NCBI GenBank assembly: GCA_050575255.1
Contig: JBNZDD010013726.1
Span: forward strand, 62,001-126,000
Source of the DNA: Harriotta raleighana
Taxonomy: Eukaryota
DNA length: 64,000 nt
Direction: 5' to 3'
Positions 49,251 through 61,876 of this stretch are shown in pieces. Within the stretch, counting starts at the first letter, position 1. Every line of letters starts with the position of its first letter. The notes under the pieces were generated by a model. The model did not search any database. It was not told the DNA's origin and saw nothing but the letters and a program-made list of their open reading frames with translations. The position numbers and the translations under genes are program-made.

Positions 49251-52200
49251 TTTGGAAGAATGTTTTATACCAATCCTAATTTATCTAATTGGTATTAGAT
49301 CTTGTAATAGAACAAAGGGAATCTTCATCTAAATCTTTCTTATGATACTATAGAAGAAAGTTAACATCAGGAAGCTTCCCTCATTGCTTAAGTGAAATCA
49401 GAATCAACCTTATCAACTTATATGCCATAAAATAAGAATTTACAGAGTTCATATGCCACTAAGTGCCCAAACAAACTTTTCCAGATTATTGTACACCAAC
49501 AATTTCTGTAAAGAATTGCAATGATTTTGTCTTGACAGTATGTTTAAAAAATCTGTCAGGATTACTTTTAGGCAGGTGCATCATTCAGTATTAACATTTA
49601 CACAATTCAAAGAAGAATTTGTTGCAAAAATATTCTGAAGAAAGAACTTGACCTCATCTGCTATTGGATCGTTGGGTAAAAACATATTGGGCGTACCAAA
49701 TACTTGCATTTCATATTGCACCTTTCACAAAGCACTTTGTAAGATACATTGCAAATTGTAGTGACAGTAATTTGCAGCTGAACATGGCAGAAAATTTCTG
49801 CACAGCAATGCTCCACCAACAGCTATGATGTGAATGATCAATTGCAATTCAGAGATTATTGGTTAGGACACCTGGAGAAACTTCTTTTGCAATTCCTATA
49901 TTTGCTGAGTTAACTGGTGTTTTCTGGGCCAGCAGCAAGAGCAGCACTTCAATTAGCCTTAGCATTCCTATACAAGAGAAGAGAAAAATAGCCTTTGGCT
50001 GCCCTACTTGAATGAGTGTATATTTAATAAGAACAGGATCATACTCAGATCTTATCCCTCATGGTTGAACAGCTGACAAATATACATTATTCCAGGTTAA
50101 CATATCAAGAATGTGTTAAAAATGTATGAATTGAATGAAAATCAAAGTCTGTAGGAACTAATTGCAAGACTTTGGATGATTTGGATGTAGCTCATTTGGA
50201 TGTAGATCAGTCAGGTGAGTAAACAGGAAGAAATTATGAATATCTATCTCAGACCACTTCTGAAATTTATTTCATTTATTGATTACATTTTCTTAAAACT
50301 TCTTTTAATAACTGCCAAAATATTATACTTGGGTGTTGTTCATTACTGCAGTAACCGTTATTTCCATTAATATTAAAATTCAATCATTGGTGTGGTCATT
50401 CTCTATTCTGATTAAATTCAACCACCTTTTTGAGCCTGCTTTATAGATTCTCATCATTGGCAGACGGGGGGGTGATTCATATATGCACTACAGTTTTGAT
50501 AGTGTGATTAAATAGTAAAGTATTTGGCTGTGCTGTACATTGGCCACTTGAAGGCCGAGATTGACAAATCTCTCATCTGATTAAACTATTTTCATTTACT
50601 ACTCTGTATACACATGTAATTAACTGCTCAACTAAAGCCTCAGTGGAAACATTTGCCAGGAATTTGGTCTTGAAATAAATCCAAATATACCATTAAACCT
50701 GCACATCATCTCATAAGTTGATTATTGTGTTCCAGTCTTATAATCAAGAATCTCATAACAACTATATTTGGTGAATGGCTTATATATAATATATTATTAT
50801 TATTTACTCTCCTCCACAGTTTGGTCAAAATCAAAAAGGGTTAAAGTTATTCAATTTAGACTTCTCCTTCTGCATAAATTGAATGGGATCACCACTCATA
50901 AAATGTGAAAGATTGGAAAGGAAGGAGGGAATGAACTAAAATTTAACACACAAGCATAAAATGTTAAAAAAAAAGTTACAATTATGATAGAGAACATGAT
51001 ATATGCCAATGAAAATAGAAACTGACTCCTAAAAAACACTTTTGGCTAATGTTGCATGTGTACAAATAAATACCTTTCAGAACTCATGAGGGAATGCTCA
51101 ATGCATGTTTCAAATAAGTTTGTGCCTTAAATAAAGTAGTTAATGTTGAGTGAAAGACGTGCAGTGACTGGGATGTGTGGACTGAAAGGAATGGCACCTG
51201 CCACTGACCCACTGACTATTTTAGTCACTGAGGCAATCAATGATTTGCCTTTAGCTTTCAATCCAGCAAATTTGCAAGAAGGACAGAGTGAATATGTGTT
51301 CATGTATTTCATACAGAGAACACTGCTGTACTGTCACATTTTAAATGCTAGGATAACTGCCCACAGATCAAATAAGCATGCATGACATGTATACTGTACT
51401 TTCCATTAATATGTTGATATAGTTCTTCAAGAACAGATGAAAAACGTGTTCCTGCTTGGTGCTCTCTCCTGTAATCCTTTCCATATTTGTTTTTATTAAG
51501 GATAGTGTAACCCTGCACCAATTTCTCTGACAAATACTCTGATTAAAATACAGGCATTTAAAAAATCTATATTAACTTTTCTGTAGTTTAGCTACTGGGA
51601 AATAATTTTCCATTGAGGAAATAATAACATAAAAAGAAATATAAGGAGCAAATACCTTTTAGCCCATCAAACCCACATCTACAAATCGAGTGGTACAGAA
51701 ATCATCAAAACACTTGGGAGTATTTTATGATGCCATTTCACACTTATTCCTACAAACATTCAATTTTCAGTTTATGTTCATCTGGTTAGTTAATGCATAT
51801 ATTTTCATAACCTATATGAACTGTAACCTATACTGTACATCTAAACATTTGAATTAATCAGAAACTATACCTTGAACATAGATTTATTAGATTTATTCTT
51901 CGTAGTTAGCATTCCCTCTGCATCTGGCAGTTAACTGATTAACAATTACCCGAACAGAATAATGTGCAGTTCAGTAAACATCAACAATTTTGCTGAATTG
52001 CTCAGATATTCATGTTTTATATAGCTCCACATTTATGTTATTGGCGTGAGAGGGTTGGACTTTGAACTGTTTTTCAATATGGTCAGTTCTTGACCTTGGA
52101 TTAAGGCATTCAGTGAGCCACTGGTGAAGTATTTCCCTACAAGGATTGAGGAAAGATTAGATAGAAAGCCACACTGGGCAGTTTCCACATATCACATACC

Positions 52201-54601
52201 AACTGGTTTAACACCGGCACTGACAGAGACCTATGAGCAGATTGCCTGACTGCTGGAGAATGCCAATTGCACCAGAGCAACAAAATGACGCAAGGGAAAC
52301 CATAAACAAATCTAGGACAGCAAAAGTTAACATTCTAAAGATAAAATGAAAAGTGTTCCCAATAGAATGGAGATAGGAAAAAAAATTGTCCAATGAAAGA
52401 AAGACATTTCTGAATACTGTACTCCTCCCCTGATCTGACGTTTAAGAACCAGCACATTGAGGAATGCACTACCAAAGGCGAGATTATTTTCTGCATTAGA
52501 GGGAGAAAACATTAAAGAGCCAAATTACCCTGAACATCTCATGGAAGCTGACTACAGAGCCACAATGAAAGAGACCCAGGGATAGGTTTCCTCCCTGATC
52601 TCTCAGTCAGGGGAGGCAGTATTTGCGGCATGGGATAAGGGTCTAGAAGGGAACAGAGAGAAAACTAATCATTTAAGAATTTACAGGAAAATGTAACTCT
52701 GATGTGGGCATGAACGAGCCACCGATTAATTCGCTCAACTCCAACTTCCTCCCCTTCTCACTGATTTTTTCCCCCCTACTTTGTGCGAAATGATCATGGT
52801 CTGTCTGGCCCAATGTCTTGTTTCAACCTCCGCCTCCAAACTGAGTTGCCCCCTCACTTACCATTTGGAGCATCCTGGCCCTAATTTGATAACCCTCCCC
52901 ACACCCCCCACCCCCACTTCCCTGCACTGGCATTCGTGGGACAGGCAACGAGTGGGTGTTGCTAAACATACTTAACGTGATAGGCAATTGCGATTGACAG
53001 AAGGAATGTATTTTGTCCGAGGAAGTGTGAGTTGTAACCCAATCGCGCTATTTTTGATGGATGAAGATAGCAGCGATATACAACAAAGCAATCTGAAACT
53101 ACATTGCATAGAACAATGGTCCTGTGTTCGACACAGCACAAAAATATTCAGGTCGCCCAAATATCCCCAAAGTTGCAGAAAATAATACTGAACAAGACGT
53201 AGTTTCAGTTCCTCAAGAGGAACATGCTCATGTTTCCATAAATCTTTTCAATCTCAATCAATCAGTCTTGATATTCCTGTCTTGAAGAACATAATGAGCC
53301 GTACCCATCATTCTGACTAATATATATGTATATATATTTAAAAAACTTGAATACATTATACCCGAAACGTTAATCTATTTTTCTTTTTCAAATGCTCTAA
53401 ATTCAGATTCTTCACAGTGGCTGTTTTTTCCCCCTTTAACACTCCCCATATTTCTTTATTTGACTGTTATTGATTACTGAGTGATTTTGTTGTGTGGACC
53501 ATGTATCCTTTGCCAATGTTCCTTCATCCTCACTTCAATCGCATAGGTTGAAGACCCGACAGTCCAAAGACCTTGCTCTGTCTAATTTCATTTCTTCATA
53601 ATTTACACCCTGATATAATACACCGAGTCCATTAATTTTGTAAATCTTTCCTTAGTTTTCCCCGTTTTCATTGACGTTCGGTAACTTGTTAAAAACAAAC
53701 TTTTTGAAAATAATCATTATCACTTTCCCGAATTTCCTTTGCCAGAATGAAATAAAGGGAATAATACATGACAAATTGCCATGGTGGGTGGAATAGCAAA
53801 TCCCATCAAGATCTGCAATAAAGAAATTGATGCATCTTGTCGCTTAATGAAACAAAATGTCCTGGAAAGCTCGAGTGGATATAAACCGACGGGTTCAGAC
53901 GCCAGTCCTCTAAAGGGCATCTCCATTAACCTTGCTCAGATAGGATAGGCTTTGAATAGAACATTTCCGTCGACCCACTCGTTCCACACATACCTTGCCT
54001 AAAAGCAGCGTTGGGGTTAGTGAGGGCTGGGTAGGAGTCTGGCTGTGAGATTGTGCAGCCTCCTTTCTTAAATGACAACATTCAGAACACTAAACGAATG
54101 AACTGATAACGGGGTTACACAAAAGAGGCTTTAAAGTGACGGTGATTCGTATTGAAATAAACCCCAGGCGCCATGCTGCGAGGTATAAAAATAGTCCTCT
54201 GGATTTTTTGGGACATCACAGCTGCGCGCAGTACTTAATCCTGATGTTGGGTTTTATGTTCATGGCATGGAACTTCTCTGATGTAAAATAAGGATACAGT
54301 ATATTCCTGTACACGTCTGCATTCATCTGTCAACATCAAAAATAGTTAATTTTACAGCTGTTTTGTAGAAAATATTTTAAAAGTGTACCAAAGTGGATGA
54401 GTGACCTATCAATTTTCACAAAGGAAGACGTCAGCAATATGTTGCACAACTGATTTATTTGACCAATGTCATGTACTATTCCCAAATTGGGATGTCTTCC
54501 CGACGTGAAAGTCACTATATATGAAAAAAAATGTTAAATGTAATTATTATTATTGATTGTTTGGGACCAGATTGATGGAACTTGCGTTTATTTTATTGCA
54601 G

Positions 54602-54753
54602 GTCCGGAAACGCAGTAAAGCCGGTAGAGCTGGACTGTGTGAGAATGATGTACTGTTGTCCATTAATGGGAAATCCTGTTGCAGTATATCACACGCAGAT
54701 GCCATGCACATCATAGACTCATCCAATGGGACTCTTCACATATTGGTTAAAAG
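54602..54753 (+). CDS. SYNPO2L: SYNPO2L exon 2 (PDZ domain)
   Basis: VRKRSKAGRAGLCENDVLLSINGKSCCSISHADAMHIIDSSNGTLHILVK(R); ttgcag| and AG|gtac; 152 nt. Confidence 0.94.
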
Positions 54754-54857
54754 GTACAAAATAGATACTATAATTGCCCATCTTCATCCAATTTGAATCA
54801 GCAACTAATCATTGAAATCTAAATATTTCTGGGAGGAAGTGGGGTCCTCAATCAGTC

Positions 54858-55240
54858 ACAACAACAAGTTGCATTTATGTAGTGCCCTCCATGCTGGGCG
54901 ATATCTCAGAGCCTGAGCCAGGGTGAAGGTGACTGTAAGGTCAGTCGAAGTGAAAGGCGTGCCCTGAAGATGGAGAAAGAGAGGCTGAGGCAAAAGGGGT
55001 TGAGTTCCAAAGTTTTGTGGTTAGCGGCTGAAAACATGGCCTCTGATTGTGGTGAGGAGGATTTGATGGACAAGGCATAGACCAGAACTAGCAGAGCAGT
55101 AGCAACCAGTACTGCTGTGAGGAGGATGGAAAGTTGGAGAGGCACAGGGTGCAGAGGAGTGGAGGGATTTAAACACAAAGAGTGAAGATCTTGAAGTCCA
55201 TCCGCACTTTGACAGGGAGCCAGTGTAGTTGGGTGATCAC
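54858..55240 (-). mobile_element. L2 LINE ORF2 C-terminus and 3' end
   Basis: Reverse strand reads LHWLPVKVRMDFKI; (CAA)n tail near 54858. Confidence 0.7.
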
Positions 55241-55938
55241 ATGTTTATAGCCCAGTTGGTTGGACTAACCCAAACAGAAGTCTCTCAATAAAGCCCCTGA
55301 ATGCAATGGGCATTTCTTGGTGAGACACAATGTGAAAATTTATCAAAGTAGATTTTAATCAATTCATATATGTACCAACCACAAAATTACATTTATAGAG
55401 CAGCTTTCACATCGGGAGGATGTCCCAAGGTGCTTTAAGTGTGAAATTCCAGTAAGATTCCCTTAAAAAAAACTTTAAAAAGTTGCCCCCATGCAAAATG
55501 CTAATGCTGTGGTGAGCAGTGAAGAGGTTTCAGCAGGATGAATTTGTTGAACTATAACTCTCAATGTTGTGACCTAGCCTCATTCAACCAGTTGTTTTTG
55601 GCATGAATTACTCCCCAGATACAGAAATACTTCCTGGTGTCTGTCCTGAAATTTCCCCTTTGAAACCGCAAACCGGTGCTGCTGATTGGGTGGACCGTGT
55701 TGTGCGACTGCAGAAATGAAGGCAGCGAAAAGCGCATTAACAAAAGTTATCTGTTGCCGTGTTATTTGAAGCAGGGCTGCTGTTGGAGGTGGCTGGTGAA
55801 ATCTGCTGCTTTCTGTGTGAGGGGGAGGGTTTCACTTGCTCGCTTTCTTTGTTTCGTTCACTTGTTGGGGAGTTGAGAGTGAAACAAGCATCGGTTGCTT
55901 GTTTGTTCTGCAGAGCAGTAACTTAACTCTTCGTCTAG

Positions 55939-56936
55939 GGTTTCCTGGAGCCCAGACACTGAATGCAGTCTGCGGGGCTCTCCCTCTGCCCAAACCACAT
56001 CACCTTCAAAAGCACATCTCAGAGGCCCCCTCCCCTCCAACATGCAGCAGCAACAGCATGAGATCGACATCCGCCACACAGCTGCGTCGCCGAGAGAGTC
56101 AATGTTAAAGAGCCCCGACTCCGTCACTGAAACTAACAGGCAACAGCTACACGTGGAGAGTTACACCTCCCCCCCAGACAGCGAGGCTTACTACGGAGAG
56201 ACTGACAGCGACGCCGATTATATTACAAGTGAGAAACAACGCAGGCAGAAGAAAAAAAGTCCCATCTCCTCCCCCAGGCAGAGCGTTAAAACGTCCTACA
56301 CAGGCTCAGCCGACGAGGCGTCGGAACAGAGCGAGTATGACAGCGCCCCTGAGCAACTCCATCACTCACGCTCGGAACCACGAGGTCCGTTTCGCAATGG
56401 GAACGAGTGCAAACTGAGCCAGGTGTCTGCTGCCTGCACCAGTGCCAGAGCCGGCAACAGCCGCAGCGGATCGGCAGCCCCGGAGCCCAGCCCCTGTCAG
56501 CTGCTCCTGCAGCAGGGTCTCCCGGTGCCCTCGCCCACCGGACAGCTGGACTCGGGAGCTCGCACTTGCTCCCACCACCCGCCCCCGGGAGTCGCTGGCC
56601 GAAACCGCGAAGCAATGTTTCAGCCCAGGCGTGTGGAAGCCAAGATCAACATCTGGCAGCCCAAAGTGGAGGTGGCTTCCTACACCGACCAGTGGCCGGT
56701 GTCCGGGGTCGGCCCGGCTGAGAGCGGCGGCCGGCAAGGCATCCCGGAGACATCGGAAGCCGATAGCGGGTTCCAGGAGGTCCCCGCTCCCTCGGGATCA
56801 CCGGAGCAAAGCCTCCTGCCCGCCCCCACCAAAGTCAATCTGAAAGACGTACAGTTAGTCCCGATGGTGGGTCCGGTGAGTAATCCAGTGGATGAGGTGC
56901 TGACCACGACGTATAAGGAGAAAGCCAGACAAGCAA
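55939..56936 (+). CDS. SYNPO2L: SYNPO2L exon 3
   Basis: Acceptor cttaac..tcgtctag|G, in frame with the 56042 ORF; conserved YTSPPDSEAYYGETDSDAD, EADSGFQE, LVPMVGPV..PVDE.LTTTYKEKARQA; donor A|GTAAGT. Confidence 0.88.
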
Positions 56937-57464
56937 GTAAGTCAAATTCATTGTTTATTTTACTGTGTAGTTTCCTTCATTTTCCCCCCCAAAAAAACTC
57001 GAGTGTTTTTGTTTCACCCCCTCCCCCCCCCCACACACCCTCACATCGATTCAGTTCAGGGCTATTGTGGGAATATGAAGTCATGTATCTGACCCGCACA
57101 TGTGTGAACTCAACACTCAGAAAAGCATGGACAGCAGCTGCCCTGTTATGTGATATTCTGGGGGAAATCATTGTCAGCTGGGACAACACTTCAAACCCAG
57201 GCGTTTAAATAGACGAACCAACTGCGATAGCTCATAGGGCATGTTTGGCTAATTTTAGATTTCTGATCAAAAACGCTCCTTTAGTTTTGCAGTAAAATAC
57301 ACTTACAATTTGCTTCGAAATTGGACATACCATTTGGAATTGTGTATCCAACAATGCGAAACACGTTAACACTGCCTTTTAAGTTCCCCCCAAATATTAT
57401 TAAATCCAAATAATTTGGTATTCTGAATTGGTCTGACATGTCTTCCCGTTTGAATATCCAAAAT

Positions 57465-57655
57465 GTAACTTATTTAAATATCCAGTATGTATCCTCTGAT
57501 TATTATATTATCATTAAAATATAGGTATGTATCCTATGATTATTATATTATTATTTAAATATCCAGTATGTATCCACGATTATTATATTATTATTAATTA
57601 AATATCAGTATGTAACTTATGATTATTATATTATTAATTAAATATCCAGTATTTA
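57465..57655. repeat. AT-rich ~40-bp minisatellite (4-5 copies)
   Basis: Unit approximately GATTATTATATTATTATTTAAATATCCAGTATGTATCCTAT. Confidence 0.8.
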
Positions 57656-59306
57656 ATCACCCCTGTGGTAAACAAAGGACATATCTGCCCCTGATTGCAG
57701 CCACATTTTGCCGATTCTTTATTCCCACCAGCCAACTGTTAACTTGAACCCCCAAATTGTTAATATTTGGCTGCTCGTTTGCTAGACTTTCTAATGAGTT
57801 GATGTCATGAGGGTTATTTTCAATAGATAATATACCTCTTTTCATAACTCAGAGACACCTCAGTGCTTCACACTTAGGCCAATCAATGCTCGTTAAAGTT
57901 TTTTGGGAGTAAATCTCTTTTCTTTTCAAAAGAATCCACTGAAGGTCGGACTGGATGGTAACAGATGACAGTGTCTGTCATTAAGCTATTTGGTATGCAC
58001 ATCGGTAAAAATAGTCAAACTGACATAATTTGTTTTCCGTGTCCTGTTCGGTGGCTAGACAAAGGGTTTAAAAAGGAGGTGGGAGAGACATTGGGAGATT
58101 TTGTGCCTTGGGTTTTCTCCAACCTGTGAATGCCTCAAGTCCTATATATGCCAGGATTTACAGAATGCAGAACACTTGTACCTGGTATCCAAAGAAGAAT
58201 GCTAGCAACATGCACAGCTATCCAGGTTTCTGAAGTACTATATTTTTCAATGGTTACTTATTTTCTCCTAAACAAACTTGTGCATTAAGATGATCATGCA
58301 ATGTGTGTATACTGTATAAAACTTTACCCCATTGAAGTTCGGCAATGTTATTGTAGCATTTATAAATTAAAGTGAGAGGGAAGGGCAGAACTCCACAATA
58401 ATGTAATGAATAGTTTAATATTTTTAAACTGCCATAAAGGTATGGGTGATTGCGTATAGTTATCATAGAAATGTGTCTGAAATAATTTAAGGGATGGTCA
58501 ATATGTTATCTCTCTATCGCTCATTTAAAAGAATTAACAGGTGCTCAGACATATTGAAAACTGTTGAATTAAAACCCATTAATTGCTCACTTGTATGAAA
58601 ATATTGATTACAGGTTTTCTGTATGTGTGTGTGATAACCCAGAGTACAACATTCTAACTACGTGTAAGTTTGATGAAGGAGTACAATGGGGAGATCAGAT
58701 GAGAATTGGTAAGCTTTATGTCTTTGTCAGATGGGCATCTGGCACATACAGAAATCCACTATGGTGATGTAAGCTTTATAGTAATAAGTAATAATAATTA
58801 TTGCATTTGATGGCGTCGAGACATCTCAAAGCACTTTCTTTGTGTGAGAGGATGTTTAAATTAATGAAAATGAAGACACTTGGTTTGGTAGAATAGTACC
58901 TCAAATAAAACATTTAAATACAACAGGGTTCTCTTTAATATTCATTTTCCACTTATTGTTCTTTTTTAATTTAATCTCTGTTTTTGAAAAATTGATCCCA
59001 ATTTAGTCATCAGTCACAAACCTTTACTTTACCAGGGTGAAATGAGAATAGTAACTGAATATATGCATTAAATAATAAAACAGAAGTTTTTTCCTGTTGG
59101 AAATTATCCATAGTGAATCTAGGAAATTGTGCTAATGCTATTTTGAGCAACAGAAGAAAAGAAAATATCCTGTTTCAGCAGCTGAATAGTCAGCTGCTAT
59201 CACTTTAAATTTTTAAAACAAATACAACTAACTGCATGAAGTAGTTGTACAGCAGTTCAATGTTTGAGCAAGTAATAATTTGACAATATCTGTTGGAACA
59301 TTACAG

Positions 59307-61876
59307 AACTGCATCGGAGTGAAAGCGTGCAGGAAAAGCAGGTGAAGGAAGCCAGGACAAAATGCAAAACCATTGCATCTCTCCTTACATCAGCACCCAA
59401 CCCTCATTCGAAAGGGGTACTCATGTTCAAGAAACGTCGTCAACGAGCAAAAAAGTACACTCTTGTTAGTTACGGAAGTGTTGACGAGGATAGGAATAAT
59501 CTGGATGAAGATGGAGAAATTTTGCCAACCAGTGAATCTGAATTTGATGAAGAAGCATTTTCTGATGCTAAGAGTTTAACAAATCAGTCCACAGGGTCAG
59601 ACTGGGACAGCTCCTATCTCGATGTAGAAAAAACAAAATCTGAACCACAGGGTTTAATCGAAACTAGTAGTAAGGGTGTACTGTTGTTTGAACATCAAAG
59701 GCAGAGAGCAGTGGAGCACTCTCGTACAGAAGCTCAAATGAAACACAGTGCTCAACAAATGAAACCAAAGTCAACAGCCGAAGTTACAAAATGCAATATG
59801 ATGAATGGTGAGAGTTCTTGGTCCAGAGGCTCAGGTTTATATGGTGAAACTCCGATGCATGCACTTACAAATGTAAACAACTCCCCAGAAGTACATATGT
59901 CTTCAAAAGTAAGTGCAGAACCCCATTTACAGACTGCCAGATCAAGTCAACTGCAGCAACCTCAACCCGTTGTTCAAGAAGTGTCCTACCCAATTGGAGT
60001 AACAAACAGGACTGCAAGACCATTCACTCCAGGATTTGTACAGAAGCAAAAAGGAGCACAATTCTCGATTACCAGACCAGTGTTCTTCAGACAAAGTGCA
60101 CCATCTCGAACAACAGCCGAGAATAAGCCCAGTCTACAAAACAGACTTGATGCATCTTTCTCACCACCATCAGCAGTAATCTCTAGACCAGCCGCAATCA
60201 CTACTTCTCAGCTAGGGTCAGCAGAAAAACCTTTGGATCCAAAGAAAATAATGACTTTATGTTCGCCTTCTGAAAAAATGCCTTATTCACCTTATTCACC
60301 CCCTTCTTCAATAACCCCTTATTCACCTCCACCCTCAACAACACCTTATTTATCCAGACCTTCAATAACCCCTTATTCACCTCCACCCCCAATGACCCCT
60401 TATTCACCCCCACCCTCAACAACTGCTAATTCAACCCCACCCACAGTGACACCTTGTTCACCCCTACCCTCAACAACTGCATGTTCATCCCCACCAGCTC
60501 CTTATCCATCTCCACCCTCAGTAATTCTTTGTTCATCTCCACTATCAGCGACAACTGCTTCACATCCTTTGGTGAATCCTTACTCACCGCCTATTGGCCC
60601 AGTCACTACCACTGCTACCTTCCACATCTCCTCAGCAGGGTCACAATACACAGGTTCAGCCAGTAATAATGTAAATGGCCAGGCTTCCTCAATTGGGAAC
60701 CCTTCATCAGGATCTTGGTCAGCATCCCAGCACTCAGAGAACCTAGTGACAAGAGAACAAAGAATTTCAATTCCTGCTGCTAGAACAGGAATCTTGCAGG
60801 ATGCTCGCAAGCGGAACACTAGGAAGCCAATGTTCACTGTCACAGAGCAGCCAAAACCTTCGCCAAACCCTGAACTTCTTTCCTTGGTTCAAAATTTGGA
60901 TGTAAAACCAAAACCTGACCATTTAGGAGCAGGTTTTGAGTCTGGTCCAGAGGAAGACTTTTTGAGCCTGGGGGCAGAAGCATCAAATTTTATGCAATCT
61001 CAAGCACGCAAGCAAAGGACACCACCACCTGTAGCTCCAAAGCCTCATGTAAAGCCTTATATAGTTGGCTATGGTCCACCGCTTTCAAATGGAAACATCA
61101 CCTCAGGTATAGCTCAGATGAAAGGAAAAGGTGCTGAACTTTTTGCAAAAAGACAAAGTCGTATGGACAAGTTTGTTGTTGAATCTGTGCCTACTCACCA
61201 TTCTCACCCAAGAGCACCATCGCCAACGCCTTCTCTTCCATCCACATGGAAGTATTCTCCCAACATCCGGGCTCCACCTCCAATTGGTTACAACCCTATG
61301 CATTCGCCGTCCTATCCACCAGCAGCATGTAGATCTCAAGCTGCGACGTCCAGTGCTAAAATGGATAAAAAAGGTAAACTAGGAGTGAATCAAAAGGTCG
61401 GAATAAAAGCAATAGATTTTATGAGGCATCAGCCTTATCAACTAAACCCAGCAATGTTCAACTTTGATTCAGCAAAGTTGGGAACACAAAGCTTACCAAG
61501 AAATCTTCCGTCCACACAACCTGGCAAGCAGAATAATATGTCATTTATCTCCACAAAACATGTTCCTGTAAAAACAACACGAGCCTATGAAATCAAACGG
61601 TTTTCAACCCCAGTGCCAACAATGACACCCATTGTTATTGCCCCAAGATCAGCTACAACTCTTGCTGAACCTGTGTGGATGTCTGCACCTACCTCGCCAC
61701 CACTAGCACCACCTCAAGTATCCAGTGCACCAAGAGTTAGCCAGCCAGTTGCTTTCACATCTTATGAGTTACCAAGAGAAAATATTCAAAAGAAAACCTT
61801 GATTCAAGTGCCGAAACCAAGGTTTGTGGTAGCAAAAACTGGAGCTCACAGCCACACATGGAGACCTGGAATGTAA
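59307..61876 (+). CDS. SYNPO2L: SYNPO2L exon 4 (last coding exon)
   Basis: ttacag|AA CTG; KLHRSESVQEKQVKEARTKCKTIASLLT..NPHSKGVLMFKKRRQRAKKYTLVSYG, NRTARPF, GFESGPEEDFLSLGAEA, GKGAELFAKRQSRMDKFVVE, WKYSPNIRAPPPIGYNP, KTG..SHTWRPG*. Confidence 0.95.
60281..60595 (+). repeat. 27-nt coding tandem repeat in SYNPO2L exon 4 (PYSPPPSTT-like units)
   Basis: CCTTATTCACC-like starts at 60290, 60317, 60344, 60371, 60398, 60425, 60452. Confidence 0.85.

Noticed and set aside
55911-55926. ttctgcag at 55913 as the SYNPO2L exon 3 acceptor
   Set aside because: Gives an in-frame TAA at 55924-55926; the acceptor at 55938 keeps the frame open
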